From Candidatus Latescibacterota bacterium (GTDB lineage: Bacteria > Krumholzibacteriota > Krumholzibacteriia > WVZY01): a stretch of 64,000 bases of DNA. The notes under the pieces were generated by a model. That model saw only the letters and a list, made by a program, of their open reading frames with translations. It was not told the DNA's origin and searched no databases. Position numbers and translations under genes: made by a program. Below, in pieces: positions 9,942 through 19,953 of this stretch. The first letter of the stretch is position 1. Every line of letters begins with the position of its first letter. The stretch lies in the NCBI GenBank assembly GCA_963791045.1, contig CAWBQK010000009.1, positions 160,001 through 224,000 on the forward strand. The letters run 5' to 3'.

Positions 9942-10826
9942 CTAGCCTTCCTCGTTCTTCAGCGTTTGATACATCTCAAAGGCCTCTTCGGGTGTCGCGT
10001 TTTCGTGGACGACCTTGCCGACCGCCTGGATCATCGCCTTCGGCGCATCGGACTGGAAGATGTTCCGTCCCATGTCGACACCGCACGCGCCCTGCTGAAC
10101 GGCGTTGTACGCCATTTTGAGCGCATCCAATTCTTCGAGCTTCTTGCCGCCCGCAATCACGATGGGGACGGGGCACGACGCGGTGACCGAATCGAACCCT
10201 TCGGCAACATAGTAGGTTTTGACATACGACGCCCCAAGCTCGGCGCAGATACGCGTGGCGAGCCGCATATACTTGGCGTCGCGGGCCATATCCTTGCCGA
10301 CCGCCGTCACACCGAGCACCGGAACACCATAGCGGTTACCCGCATCGACGAGACGCGTCATATTATTGACCGACTGCGTCTCGAACTCGCCGCCGATGAA
10401 CACCTGGACGGCGACCGCCGCGACATTCAAGCGCAGCGCGTCTTCCATGTCGACGGCGATGTGCTCGTTCGACATTTCCTTCAGGATGCTCGGACCGCCG
10501 CTCGCGCGGAGCACGACACCCTTGTTGAAGGTCGGCGGGATTGTCGAGCGCAGTATCCCCCGCGTGCACATGAGCGTATTCGCCCACGGCAGCAGCGGAA
10601 CGATATTGACATCGACGCGTTCGAGACCCGATGTCGGACCCATGAAATATCCGTGGTCGACGGCAAGCATTACGGTACGGTTGGACACGGGGTCGAAGAT
10701 GTTCGACAACCGGTTCTTCATCCCCCAATCGAGGGAATTCGACCCGCGCAGTTCGTACGCGGGGCTCTTCATTGGTATGTCGATATGATAATCCTTGGTC
10801 TCCTTGAGACCTTCCTTGTCCGCCAT
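9942..10826 (-). CDS. lsrF: LsrF-family thiolase/aldolase (3-hydroxy-5-phosphonooxypentane-2,4-dione thiolase)
   Basis: [60 protein letters not shown] before ATG 10826. Confidence 0.9.
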   Translation of the reverse strand: MADKEGLKETKDYHIDIPMKSPAYELRGSNSLDWGMKNRLSNIFDPVSNRTVMLAVDHGYFMGPTSGLERVDVNIVPLLPWANTLMCTRGILRSTIPPTFNKGVVLRASGGPSILKEMSNEHIAVDMEDALRLNVAAVAVQVFIGGEFETQSVNNMTRLVDAGNRYGVPVLGVTAVGKDMARDAKYMRLATRICAELGASYVKTYYVAEGFDSVTASCPVPIVIAGGKKLEELDALKMAYNAVQQGACGVDMGRNIFQSDAPKAMIQAVGKVVHENATPEEAFEMYQTLKNEEG

Positions 10827-10923
10827 TTGCTTTCTCCTTGGTATCTGGTGTATCCGGCCGGCGATTCGAGGACCGTCATGTTTCGGGACAGTATAACTCA
10901 AAATCCGCCCCCCGGTTAAGTGT

Positions 10924-10949
10924 GAAAAAGGCCGCCCGAAGCGGCTTTC
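10924..10949 (-). terminator. Terminator-like hairpin between divergent genes
   Basis: Minus strand reads GAAAGCCGC-TTCGG-GCGGCC-TTTTT. Confidence 0.5.
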
Positions 10950-10959
10950 ATCAAATCTT

Positions 10960-10988
10960 TTGACCGAATTCGGCCGGGAGGCTACTAT
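10960..10988 (+). promoter_or_regulatory. Sigma70-type promoter for the cytochrome bd-like operon
   Basis: TTGACC-N17-TACTAT, upstream of RBS AGGAGG and ATG 11033. Confidence 0.55.
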
Positions 10989-11032
10989 TAGCCGTCTGGT
11001 GAAGTGACAATCCGCTTACAGGAGGATGACTC

Positions 11033-12546
11033 ATGAGTTACCCGTTCTGGGACGTTGGGATTGGATACGGATTTCTGATGGCGCTCATCGCCATCCCCCA
11101 CGTGTTCGTGTCTCACTTTGCCATTGGCGGGGGACTCTACCTCGTTGTGGCGGAGATCTCGGCGAGACGAGCCGGCGATTCGTTCAGGCTCGAATTTTTG
11201 CAAAAACTCTCAAAATTTTTTGTTCTCGTCACGCTCGTCTTCGGCGCCATAACCGGCGTGGGGATCTGGTTCATTATCGGACTCTTGAACCCGGCCGCCA
11301 CGGAGGCGCTGATCCACAACTTTGTTTGGGGGTGGGCGACCGAGTGGACCTTCTTCGTCATCGAAATATGCGCGGCGATGGTCTACTACTACGGCTGGCG
11401 CAAAATGTCGGCCGCGAACCACCAGATCGTCGGGTGGATATACTTTTGGGCGGCGTGGATGTCGCTTTTTATAATCAACGGCATCATCTGCATGATGCTC
11501 ACTCCGGGCAACTGGCTCGCGACGGGCAACTTCTGGGATGGTTTCTTCAACCCGACATTCTGGCCGTCACTCTTTCTCCGGACGGGGATCTGCGTTCTCC
11601 TCGCCGGTATCTTTACGATAGCCGTGGCATCGAGAGAGAACTCGGACGACGCCCGCGGCGGGCTCATCCGCTACAACACGATCTGGGCGCTCATCGGACT
11701 CGCCATCATCGTCCCGTCGTTCTTCTGGTACTGGAAGGCAATTCCCGCTGAAATCACAACCCGCGCTTTTGAGATGATGCCGACGCCGATCTCGTCGATC
11801 AACCTGTCGTTCTGGTTCCTCGGCATCCTCGCGCTGCTCCTTGTTTTCTTCGGGTTGTTCATACCCAAGCGGCTTCACATTGGCGTCGCCGTCATTCTCC
11901 TCGCGCTTGGGTTTGGGTTCTTCGGCGGATTCGAGTGGATGCGTGAATCGATCCGCAAGCCCTACGCGATCCACGGGTATATGTACGGCAATGCCGTCGA
12001 GCTCGCCAAAGAGGATGTTTACAGGGAGAGCGGTTATCTCTCGCAGATATCGCTACGGACCGGTGATGACGGGGCCGATCTCTTTCGGCACCTGTGCCGG
12101 AGTTGTCACACATTCAACGGTTACAAGCCTCTAAAACCGGCCTTTGATGGCACCGACGCGGACGTATATCGCGGCGGTGGTCAAGGGAACCCACGTGCTC
12201 ATCGGGAAACATGCCGAAGTGGTTCGGCACCGATGAAGAGGCGCGTCTCGTCGCCGACCATATCTGGTCGAAAGTGGATCAGCGACACGTGAGCGACATC
12301 CACGGCGTCGACGGCCTCGAACTCGGCGCCATCGTCTACGATAAACGCTGCGGCGGCTGCCATGTGGTCGGCGGATACAACGACAAGTCCGAGTCGCTCG
12401 AAGGTCTGACCGCCGAAGATCTCAACGATCTCCTCGACGCGGCGAGCGACTTCGGCGAGGAGATGCCCGACTTCACCGGTGACGACAGAGAGCGAGAGGC
12501 GCTTGTTCTCTATCTGCAAACGCTCGGAAAAGGGGGTGAGGAGTAA
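11033..12546 (+). CDS. Cytochrome bd subunit I-like protein fused to a diheme cytochrome c domain (frameshift near 12165)
   Basis: CydA-like motifs HVFVSHFAIGGG, FGAITGVG, WATEWTFFVIE, EWMRESIRKPY; CXXCH motifs CRSCH and CGGCH. Confidence 0.8.
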
Positions 12547-13573
12547 TGACTCTCCCTGAATACAATTTTATCCCCGCTCCTCTGTGGCTGGTCACGGTTC
12601 TGCACCTTCTTACGCTGGTGCTGCACTTTGTGGCGATGAACTTCGTGCTCGGCGGTCTCCTCGTTCTCTTGTTCGGCAAGATAGAGAACAAATGGGAGAA
12701 CCCCGCGCTGAGGAAATACATAAAGCTCCTTCCCGTCGGCGATGGCGGCGACGGTCACCTTTGGTGTCGCGCCTCTATTGTTCTTACAGCTTACGTACGC
12801 CAAACCGGTCTACTCGGCGGCGATCGTGAGCGCGTGGTTCTGGCTCGACATCATTGGCGCGGTCATTGTCGGGTACTACTGCCTGTATGCCTCGGCATTC
12901 GCGAACACGTTGAAAACCAACCGGCTTCCAATATACCTCTCGGTCGCCGCGATCATGGCCCTGTATGTCGCGCTTGTTTACAGCACTGTGTTTTCAATGG
13001 TCGAGAAACCCGACGTGTACGAGGCGCTTTATGCGGCCAACCAGTCCGGACTCGTGGTCAACACCGATATCGGCCACTGGCTCGTCCGTTGGATCCACAT
13101 GATCCTCGGCGCCTTCACCGTCGGAGCGTTCTTTGTCGGAGTTATCGGCAAGGACGACGATGCGGTATTCACGATGGGCAAGAAATTCTTTCTCTTCGGA
13201 ATGATCGCGACCATGGTGATAGGTTTTGTGTACCTCTTCACTCTCGGCGAACACCTGGTGGCCGTCATGCGCTCACCCGTCATCTGGGCGGTGACCGCGG
13301 GGACTTCTTCTGTCGCTCTTCTCGCTCCACAGTTTTTACAAGAAGAACTTCGTTCTGTCGGGGCTTCTCGTCTTTGTGTCGATGGCGGCGATGGTGATCG
13401 CGCGGCACTGGCTGCGCATCATCTATCTTGACGGCCGGTTCGACCCGACCGCGATGCCGGTGTCGCCGCAGTGGTCGGTTTTCGCGATGTTCCTGATCTT
13501 CTTCGTCATCGCCCTCGTGCTGGTGGCGTGGATGTTGAAAATGCTCTTCTCAGGACAGGAGCAGGAGGCGTAG
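12546..13573 (+). CDS. Polytopic membrane partner of the bd-like cytochrome (frameshifts near 12740 and 13310)
   Basis: Coupled by TAATG overlap; LTLVLHFVAMNFVLGG and TVTFGVAPLLFLQ; three hydrophobic ORF pieces join into one protein. Confidence 0.7.
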
Positions 13574-13746
13574 GGGTCGACGAAAACCCCGAGAGTGCAC
13601 GGGAATTTAGCAGTGCAACCTGCGGGGCGGGATTTCGTATGAATTGTATATAGACAAGTCGGGCGCGGCGCCTTGCCGTGACCGGGACGATCCACGATTC
13701 AGGGGCCGGCGAGGAGGATGTTGCCTTCCCGCCGGCCTTCTGAACG

Positions 13747-15357
13747 ATGCGGTCACATTCCACAAGAGGCACTATCATAAACAGGACATCCCATAACTCG
13801 CTGTTATTTATACTAATAACCGCAGCGCTGGCAATCGCGGCCGCGGCGCCCGCGCCACTTTGGGCGAATGACGACCCGATCAAGATTTCCCCCGAAAAAC
13901 TCACCGAAGAGATCGCCGCGCAGAACGCGGACATCCACTACGGCGGACTCATGATCCACGCAGACCAGACCGTCACCGGACCCGTGGTCATTGTCGACGG
14001 GGCGCTCGACATCCAGGACGGCGCGGTGCTCGAGGGCGACGCCTGGGTGGTCAACGGAAACGTCGTCATCACGGGCGGCGGCAAGGTTAACGGCCGCCTC
14101 AACCTCGTCAACAGCCAGACCTACGCATCGCATGACGCGGCGGTCACGGGCGGCACCACTCATTACAAATCCCAGTGCCGGATCGACGCCGCCAAGTACC
14201 AGCGTGAGGGGCGGCTTGTTTTTGTAAAATTCGAAGACCCGACGGTGCCCCACATTTCGCCCGCCGCCCTGCCGGGACTTCCAACACGCGTGCGCTACGA
14301 CCTCATCCGCATCGGGGTGCAACGCGAATGCAAAGAGACTCCCGAGAAATTCTCACAATGGAGAGCGCTCGTACACATTCCGGCGTACATTAGCACGCAG
14401 CACGGTTTTCTCGGCTTCGACGTCACGGGGCGGATTCCGCTCACGGAAGGCGGACTCGCGCTCACACTCGACGGATACAAGATCCTCCACACCGAGGACA
14501 GCTGGCAGGTGTCGCGTATCGAGAATGCGGCGATGCTCGTCGCTGCGGGCAGCGAGTACGCCAACTATTTCGAAAAGCGCGGGGGCAAGGCGGGACTCGT
14601 TTGGAAATCAGATGGTTTCGTCAAGGTCGGTCTTTTCGGGTTTTACCAAGAAGACGTGTCGATGGAGACCCGCAAGACGTTTACGCTCTTTGGCGACGAC
14701 GACGATTTGCCCGAGAACCCGGCTATCGAGGACGGCTACCGGGCGGCGGGCATGATCGGCGCCGCATACGACTCGCGCGAGGATATTTACGCGAACGAAA
14801 ACGCGTGGTTTCTCGGATGCACGTTCGAAGCGGGCCGGCACTCGCCGCACGCCGACGGGGCGGATTCTTACGATTACTCAGCCTTCACTGTCGAGACCAA
14901 TCGCTACAACCGGCTGCCGATGGGGTTTCAGTGGGACATCGGGGCGCGTCTCTCGTCCGCCTTCGACAGGATTCCCCATCAACTCTATCAAACACTGAAC
15001 GGCTACGGCGGCATCCGCGGGACGAACCGCATTCCGTTCGATGTCGACCGCGGCGACCGCATGATCCGCGTGTCGACCGAACTCCGGTACGAACTTCCCT
15101 CCCTCCCGATCGTCAACTGGGTGTACTCGACGTGGCATCTGCTCGGGTTCGCCGACGCCGGTCTTCTCGCGCAGGCGGAGAGCCCGACATCGACATTCGG
15201 TTTTCTCGACACGTCGTTCTCAAACTGGAAGAAATCAGTGGGCGCCGGGATATCCGGCGAGTCGTTCTTTCCCTATTTTGGCATCTATGTCGCCAAGGAA
15301 ATCGACGGCGACCGCAAATCGCCGCGGGTCATCGTCCGTATAGAAAAGACGTTCTGA
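13747..15357 (+). CDS. Bactofilin-like beta-helix domain fused to an Omp85/BamA-TamA-type barrel
   Basis: Signal peptide; VTGPVVIVDGALDI..LEGDAWVVNGNVVI beta-helix repeats; YDSR, GGIRG, GFADAG motifs and terminal Phe. Confidence 0.65.
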   Translation: MRSHSTRGTIINRTSHNSLLFILITAALAIAAAAPAPLWANDDPIKISPEKLTEEIAAQNADIHYGGLMIHADQTVTGPVVIVDGALDIQDGAVLEGDAWVVNGNVVITGGGKVNGRLNLVNSQTYASHDAAVTGGTTHYKSQCRIDAAKYQREGRLVFVKFEDPTVPHISPAALPGLPTRVRYDLIRIGVQRECKETPEKFSQWRALVHIPAYISTQHGFLGFDVTGRIPLTEGGLALTLDGYKILHTEDSWQVSRIENAAMLVAAGSEYANYFEKRGGKAGLVWKSDGFVKVGLFGFYQEDVSMETRKTFTLFGDDDDLPENPAIEDGYRAAGMIGAAYDSREDIYANENAWFLGCTFEAGRHSPHADGADSYDYSAFTVETNRYNRLPMGFQWDIGARLSSAFDRIPHQLYQTLNGYGGIRGTNRIPFDVDRGDRMIRVSTELRYELPSLPIVNWVYSTWHLLGFADAGLLAQAESPTSTFGFLDTSFSNWKKSVGAGISGESFFPYFGIYVAKEIDGDRKSPRVIVRIEKTF

Positions 15358-15358
15358 T

Positions 15359-16360
15359 ATGACCGAACACGCCAACATACTCGTCGTCGACAAACTCCGG
15401 AAGGAGTTCAAACGGGTCGCTGCTCTGCGAGATATCGACATCGTTCTCGACAAACCGGGGGTGTACGGCTTTCTCGGACCCAACGGCGCCGGCAAGACGA
15501 CAACATTCAAACTGATTTGCGGGCTTCTCCATCCGACATCGGGACGCGTCCTCGTCGACGGCATCGATGTCTCGCGCTCGCCGCGTGAGGCGATGACACG
15601 GCTTGGCGTCCAGTTCGACGCGACTTCTTTCTATCCTTATCTGAGCGGTCGCGACAATCTCGGTGTCGTCGCGCGATGGCTAGACAATCCTGTCGACGAC
15701 AATCGCGTCGACGCACTTCTAGACCAGGTGGGCCTGGGCGCCGCGGCCGAGCGCAAAGTCGCCGGGTACTCGTGGGGGATGCGTCAGCGTCTCGGGCTTG
15801 CCTCCGCGCTTCTCTCCGATCCGCGGTTGGTGCTCCTCGATGAGCCGACAAACGGACTCGACCCCGCGGGGATCGCCGACATCCGCGGACTTCTTCCCCG
15901 TCTCGCGCGCGAAGAAGGGCGGACGGTTTTCTTGTCATCGCACCGGATGGAAGAAGTCGAACAGGTTTGCGATCACGTCACGATCATTCACGAGGGAGCC
16001 ATCGTCGCGTCGGGAACGCCCGCCGGACTTGCGTCGGCAGAAACAGCCGTCGAGATCCACTGCGGCGACCCGCACGGCGCCGCGGGAATCCTCGAGAAGA
16101 TGGCCGGCGAAATTAGCGCGACTGTGATCTCGGCGACGGCGCTCCGGGTCCAGTGCGGCGCCGCAACGCCAGGCGCGATCAACAAGCATCTTGTCGAGCA
16201 CGGCGTCGCCGTCGAGCAAATCTTTGACCGTGGCGAATCTCTCGAACAGGTGTTTTTCCGCCTGACCGGCGAGAGAGGCACGTCCGATGCGCCAGGCTCC
16301 ATCGGCGCGCCCGGCGACATCCGCGAACGCACCGAAGGCGACGGGGGGGCGAGCGGATGA
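15359..16360 (+). CDS. ABC exporter ATP-binding protein
   Basis: Walker A GPNGAGKTT, signature YSWGMRQRL, Walker B LLDEPTNGLDP, H-loop SSH. Confidence 0.95.
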   Translation: MTEHANILVVDKLRKEFKRVAALRDIDIVLDKPGVYGFLGPNGAGKTTTFKLICGLLHPTSGRVLVDGIDVSRSPREAMTRLGVQFDATSFYPYLSGRDNLGVVARWLDNPVDDNRVDALLDQVGLGAAAERKVAGYSWGMRQRLGLASALLSDPRLVLLDEPTNGLDPAGIADIRGLLPRLAREEGRTVFLSSHRMEEVEQVCDHVTIIHEGAIVASGTPAGLASAETAVEIHCGDPHGAAGILEKMAGEISATVISATALRVQCGAATPGAINKHLVEHGVAVEQIFDRGESLEQVFFRLTGERGTSDAPGSIGAPGDIRERTEGDGGASG

Positions 16361-17166
16361 AAGGTGATTTCAAAAAAGTACTGGCCGCGGAGGCGTACAA
16401 ACTCAGAAGACAGCGCGCGCCTTATGTCCTGACGGCGATGGTCGTTCTTCTCGCCGTACTTATGTATTTCGTGTTCGAGTTCACCGCGCGGCGCAACTGG
16501 ATGGGCGTGCCGAGCGGGCACTTTGTCTCCGCCTCCGCGCTCGGATGGATGACGACGGTCATGACCCTTCTCGCCATCGTTCTCACCAGCTTTCTCGTCG
16601 CGCAGGAATTCGCGCAGGGTACGGTCAAGAGCACGTGGGTTCGGCCCGTCACGCGCAGGAAATGGTACGCCGCCAAGATCGTCACCGCGGCATCGTCGGC
16701 GACCGGGTTTTTCCTTCTCGCCGCCGCCGTCATAACGTTGCTCGCCCTCGTCCGGCTGGGGTTTTCCGATCTTCTCGAAAAGAACTATGTCGTCCACACG
16801 GCGGGGAGCCTCACCGCGCGGCTGATCTTGACCACCGGCCTCACCATCTGGGGGTTGTGGGCGGTGTGCACGGTGGTTGGTGTCGTCGCGGGCTGGATCT
16901 GCCATCCAGGTGGAACCATCGCGACGAGCATCGGTATCGGCATCGTCCTCACCGTCGTGGGCGCGTTCGAAGTGGCGCAGCCGTTCGTCGTCACCACATG
17001 CGTGTCGGCGCCGTTCGAACAAATGGTGGCAATGACAAAGGGCCTGCCGCTTCCACACGAATGGAATGACCTGGTAAAGATGACACTCGCGTGCGGCGGC
17101 GCGTGGATGATCGCCGCTTTCGTACTCGGGCAGCAATTGATGAAGAATAAAGACGTCACACAGTAG
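16357..17166 (+). CDS. ABC-2 type permease
   Basis: About six TM helices; EFAQGTVK...PVTRRKWYAAK loop; overlaps the ATPase stop codon. Confidence 0.85.
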   Translation: MKGDFKKVLAAEAYKLRRQRAPYVLTAMVVLLAVLMYFVFEFTARRNWMGVPSGHFVSASALGWMTTVMTLLAIVLTSFLVAQEFAQGTVKSTWVRPVTRRKWYAAKIVTAASSATGFFLLAAAVITLLALVRLGFSDLLEKNYVVHTAGSLTARLILTTGLTIWGLWAVCTVVGVVAGWICHPGGTIATSIGIGIVLTVVGAFEVAQPFVVTTCVSAPFEQMVAMTKGLPLPHEWNDLVKMTLACGGAWMIAAFVLGQQLMKNKDVTQ

Positions 17167-17175
17167 GAGTGAAGA

Positions 17176-18777
17176 ATGGCCTCCCTCTTTGGCAAACTCT
17201 CGCGCGCGTCGTTTTTGTCTCCGAATAACGGCGCCGCCGTCCGGCTGCTCGCCGTCGTTACGGCCGCCGTCATTATGGCCGCCGTCATGGTCATCGGCTT
17301 CGCCGGGGTGTTGAACGCCGAAGAAGAAGATGCATTCACAGTCTTCAAACTCAACGTTCCCGGAAAACTCCTGCAGCACTGGGTCGAGGATCTTGACGGA
17401 AACGGCCTCGAGGATATTCTCGTCATCCACCGAAAAGGGCTGGAACCCCAGGAGACCCGATGGGTGTCCGTTTTCTGGCAGGACGAGACGAAGGGGTTCG
17501 CGACGGCCCCCGACCAGTCGTGGGAGATCGACCATGACGCCGGCGTGCTCGACATTGGTGACGTCGCCGGCGACACGCGCAAGGAAATCTGTTATCTCAC
17601 CGCCAAAGGAGTCCGGTATTACCCGATAAACGGCGGACTCTACCTGTACGAGTCGCAGCGGTTGTTCGACACAACGGGGATTGTGGTCTTCCCTTCGAAG
17701 CGCACGATTCCGATGATCGACTTTGTCCGCGACTGGAACGAAAACGGCAGCGATGACGTCGCGATTGCCACATTCAAAGGTCTTCACATACACAAAAGAC
17801 TCGAAGGCGACGCGTTCGAACTCAGCAACACCATCGATATCGAACCCGAGACGGGGATCTACCGTGTAAGAACACATGGACGCGACAAGCGCACAGCCGG
17901 GCTGCGCGCGTCGTACACTTTTCCCAACGTAAATGTTCTTGATTTCAATGCTGACGGCATCAAGGACATCATCGCGTCCACCGAAGACCGCGTTGTGGTC
18001 TATCTGTGTGGTACGGACGGGCTTTTTGAATCACAGCCGTCGACAAACCATCTCTTCGACATCCGCACCCAGGAGGAGAAGATCGAAGACCAGGCCGAAA
18101 TCGAAACCTATATCGAAGATCTCAACCAGGATGGATACGCCGACGCGTTTATCACCAAGCAGACCTCTAAGGGAATCACTAATTTCCGCGGTGTCGTAAA
18201 TATATTCTGGGGCCGCCCCGGCGGCTTTAACGTCGAGCCGGATCAGCTTCTTATCTCGGAGGGCACCGCGTCGGCGGGCACCGTTTTTCTCGATGTCAAC
18301 GGGGATGGCAGGAAAGACCTCGTGCTCCCCTCGATCCAGTTCAGCATCGCGGCGATCATCCGCTTTCTCATGAGCCGGAGCATCAAGGTCAACTTCAACA
18401 TCTTTCTTCTTCAGGAAGACGATCGCTTCTCCGAACGGCCCGACTTCACCAAGGAGGTCAAGTTCAAGATCGATTTCTCCGGTGAGTCCGACGAGCAGGC
18501 AATGGATCTCGAGGGGGATTACAACGCGGACAAACGAACCGACTTTGTTTTCGCGACCGACAAGAACGAGTTGTCGATCTATCTCGGCGAGCCAGCGGGT
18601 GAGGACAGGTTGTTTTCAAAAAAACCGGTGGCAAAAGTGGCGGCGGACGCCTACGGGGAGCTGACCACACACGATCTCAACAATGACGGCTACTCGGACA
18701 TGATCATTCATTACCCGGAAAACAAAGAACTCAAGGGGACGCTGGCCGTTCTCATCAATAGGGCGGTACTCCGTTAA
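17176..18777 (+). CDS. FG-GAP/VCBS repeat exported protein
   Basis: Repeated DxNxDG..D motifs (DLDGNGLEDIL, DFNADGIKDII, DLNQDGYAD, DVNGDGRKDL, DLNNDGYSD). Confidence 0.85.
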   Translation: MASLFGKLSRASFLSPNNGAAVRLLAVVTAAVIMAAVMVIGFAGVLNAEEEDAFTVFKLNVPGKLLQHWVEDLDGNGLEDILVIHRKGLEPQETRWVSVFWQDETKGFATAPDQSWEIDHDAGVLDIGDVAGDTRKEICYLTAKGVRYYPINGGLYLYESQRLFDTTGIVVFPSKRTIPMIDFVRDWNENGSDDVAIATFKGLHIHKRLEGDAFELSNTIDIEPETGIYRVRTHGRDKRTAGLRASYTFPNVNVLDFNADGIKDIIASTEDRVVVYLCGTDGLFESQPSTNHLFDIRTQEEKIEDQAEIETYIEDLNQDGYADAFITKQTSKGITNFRGVVNIFWGRPGGFNVEPDQLLISEGTASAGTVFLDVNGDGRKDLVLPSIQFSIAAIIRFLMSRSIKVNFNIFLLQEDDRFSERPDFTKEVKFKIDFSGESDEQAMDLEGDYNADKRTDFVFATDKNELSIYLGEPAGEDRLFSKKPVAKVAADAYGELTTHDLNNDGYSDMIIHYPENKELKGTLAVLINRAVLR

Positions 18778-18840
18778 TCACCACCGACGTCTTTTTGACA
18801 TGCGCGCGCGGATCGGCGATCCCCACCCACCGCGCACCCG

Positions 18841-19512
18841 CTATCGATTCCCCATACGAATCCCCGCGAACGCATCACCCTTCATCGGCGCCCATGCATG
18901 TCCGGTGTACACGAGTTCGGGCTTGAGTGCTTGCAAACGCTCGATACTCCGCGCCAACTGGTCCCAGTCATTCGCATAGAAGAGCTGAGCGTGCGGCCAC
19001 CACCGCGACGATACGAGGTCGCCGGCAAACGCGATTCGATCTTCGACAAAAAGCGTGGTTGATCCCGGTGTGTGCCCGGGTGTGTGGAGAGATACCGCGT
19101 CGATCCCGAACTCGTCCATCCGCATCTCGTCTTCGAGAAGGATGTCCGGTTCGACCGACTCGGGCCCGATAAATCTGTTGACCGCCGGCATGATGGCTTT
19201 GACCACCGTTCCCCAACTGCGGGTGTGACCCAGCGGCGTCTCCCCCAGGGCCATCGCGCCGGCGTCGGCTGGGTGGATGGCGATCGGGGCTCCGGTCAGT
19301 TTTTTGACCGCGGCGGCGCTGCCGTAGTGATCGAGATGAGCATGAGTGATATAAATGAGGGTAAGCGGTTTGGGCGTGACCTTCCGGACGTGCTCGAGAA
19401 TCAGCTTTTCCTTCCCCACCGATCCGGCATCGACGAGGACGGCGCTTTCCACTCCCTCGACAAGATAGACCCACCCGATCCCCGCCTTGAATCTGTGGAC
19501 CACAACAGCCAT
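18841..19512 (-). CDS. MBL-fold metallo-hydrolase
   Basis: THAHLDH, HTPGHTPGS, AGD and TGH motifs. Confidence 0.9.
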   Translation of the reverse strand: MAVVVHRFKAGIGWVYLVEGVESAVLVDAGSVGKEKLILEHVRKVTPKPLTLIYITHAHLDHYGSAAAVKKLTGAPIAIHPADAGAMALGETPLGHTRSWGTVVKAIMPAVNRFIGPESVEPDILLEDEMRMDEFGIDAVSLHTPGHTPGSTTLFVEDRIAFAGDLVSSRWWPHAQLFYANDWDQLARSIERLQALKPELVYTGHAWAPMKGDAFAGIRMGNR

Positions 19513-19953
19513 TCCATTGTCTTGTCTAGAGTTATACGATCGTGCCTGTGGACTATAAAAAAGAGAGCCGGGCAACACCATAGGTGTTCATCGCCGCCCG
19601 GCTCAATACAAATCGCATAGAACTAGCTGCAGAACCTTCCCAATTGTTTTCTTGCCGGAAAGTACTAATCAGCTCGATATGAGATTTGCAACCATATGAA
19701 TTGTAGCACACAAATATAGATTTTGCGCTACAACTTTGTTGAGAATTTATTGTCGGTTCACTTGTCCATCTTCGGCAGAAACGACGCATCCACTTGACAT
19801 CGGGGGATTTGACGCTACTGTCAGAGACACACCGGCCGCCCGGGCCTTACCGGGGAGGTCTATCTTCCCCCCTCTGGCGCCCCGGAGCCACCTACAGATC
19901 GCGCCGCCTCGCGCGACCGCGCGCCGGAGACCCGTGACAAAGAGAGGAAAACG

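Noticed and set aside
15988-17877. 629-aa antisense ORF and many similar shadow ORFs
   Set aside because: Opposite well-supported genes, no motifs, expected in high-GC DNA
19701-19733. CIRCE or dif site
   Set aside because: Arms and spacing do not fit TTAGCACTC-N9-GAGTGCTAA or the XerC/XerD consensus
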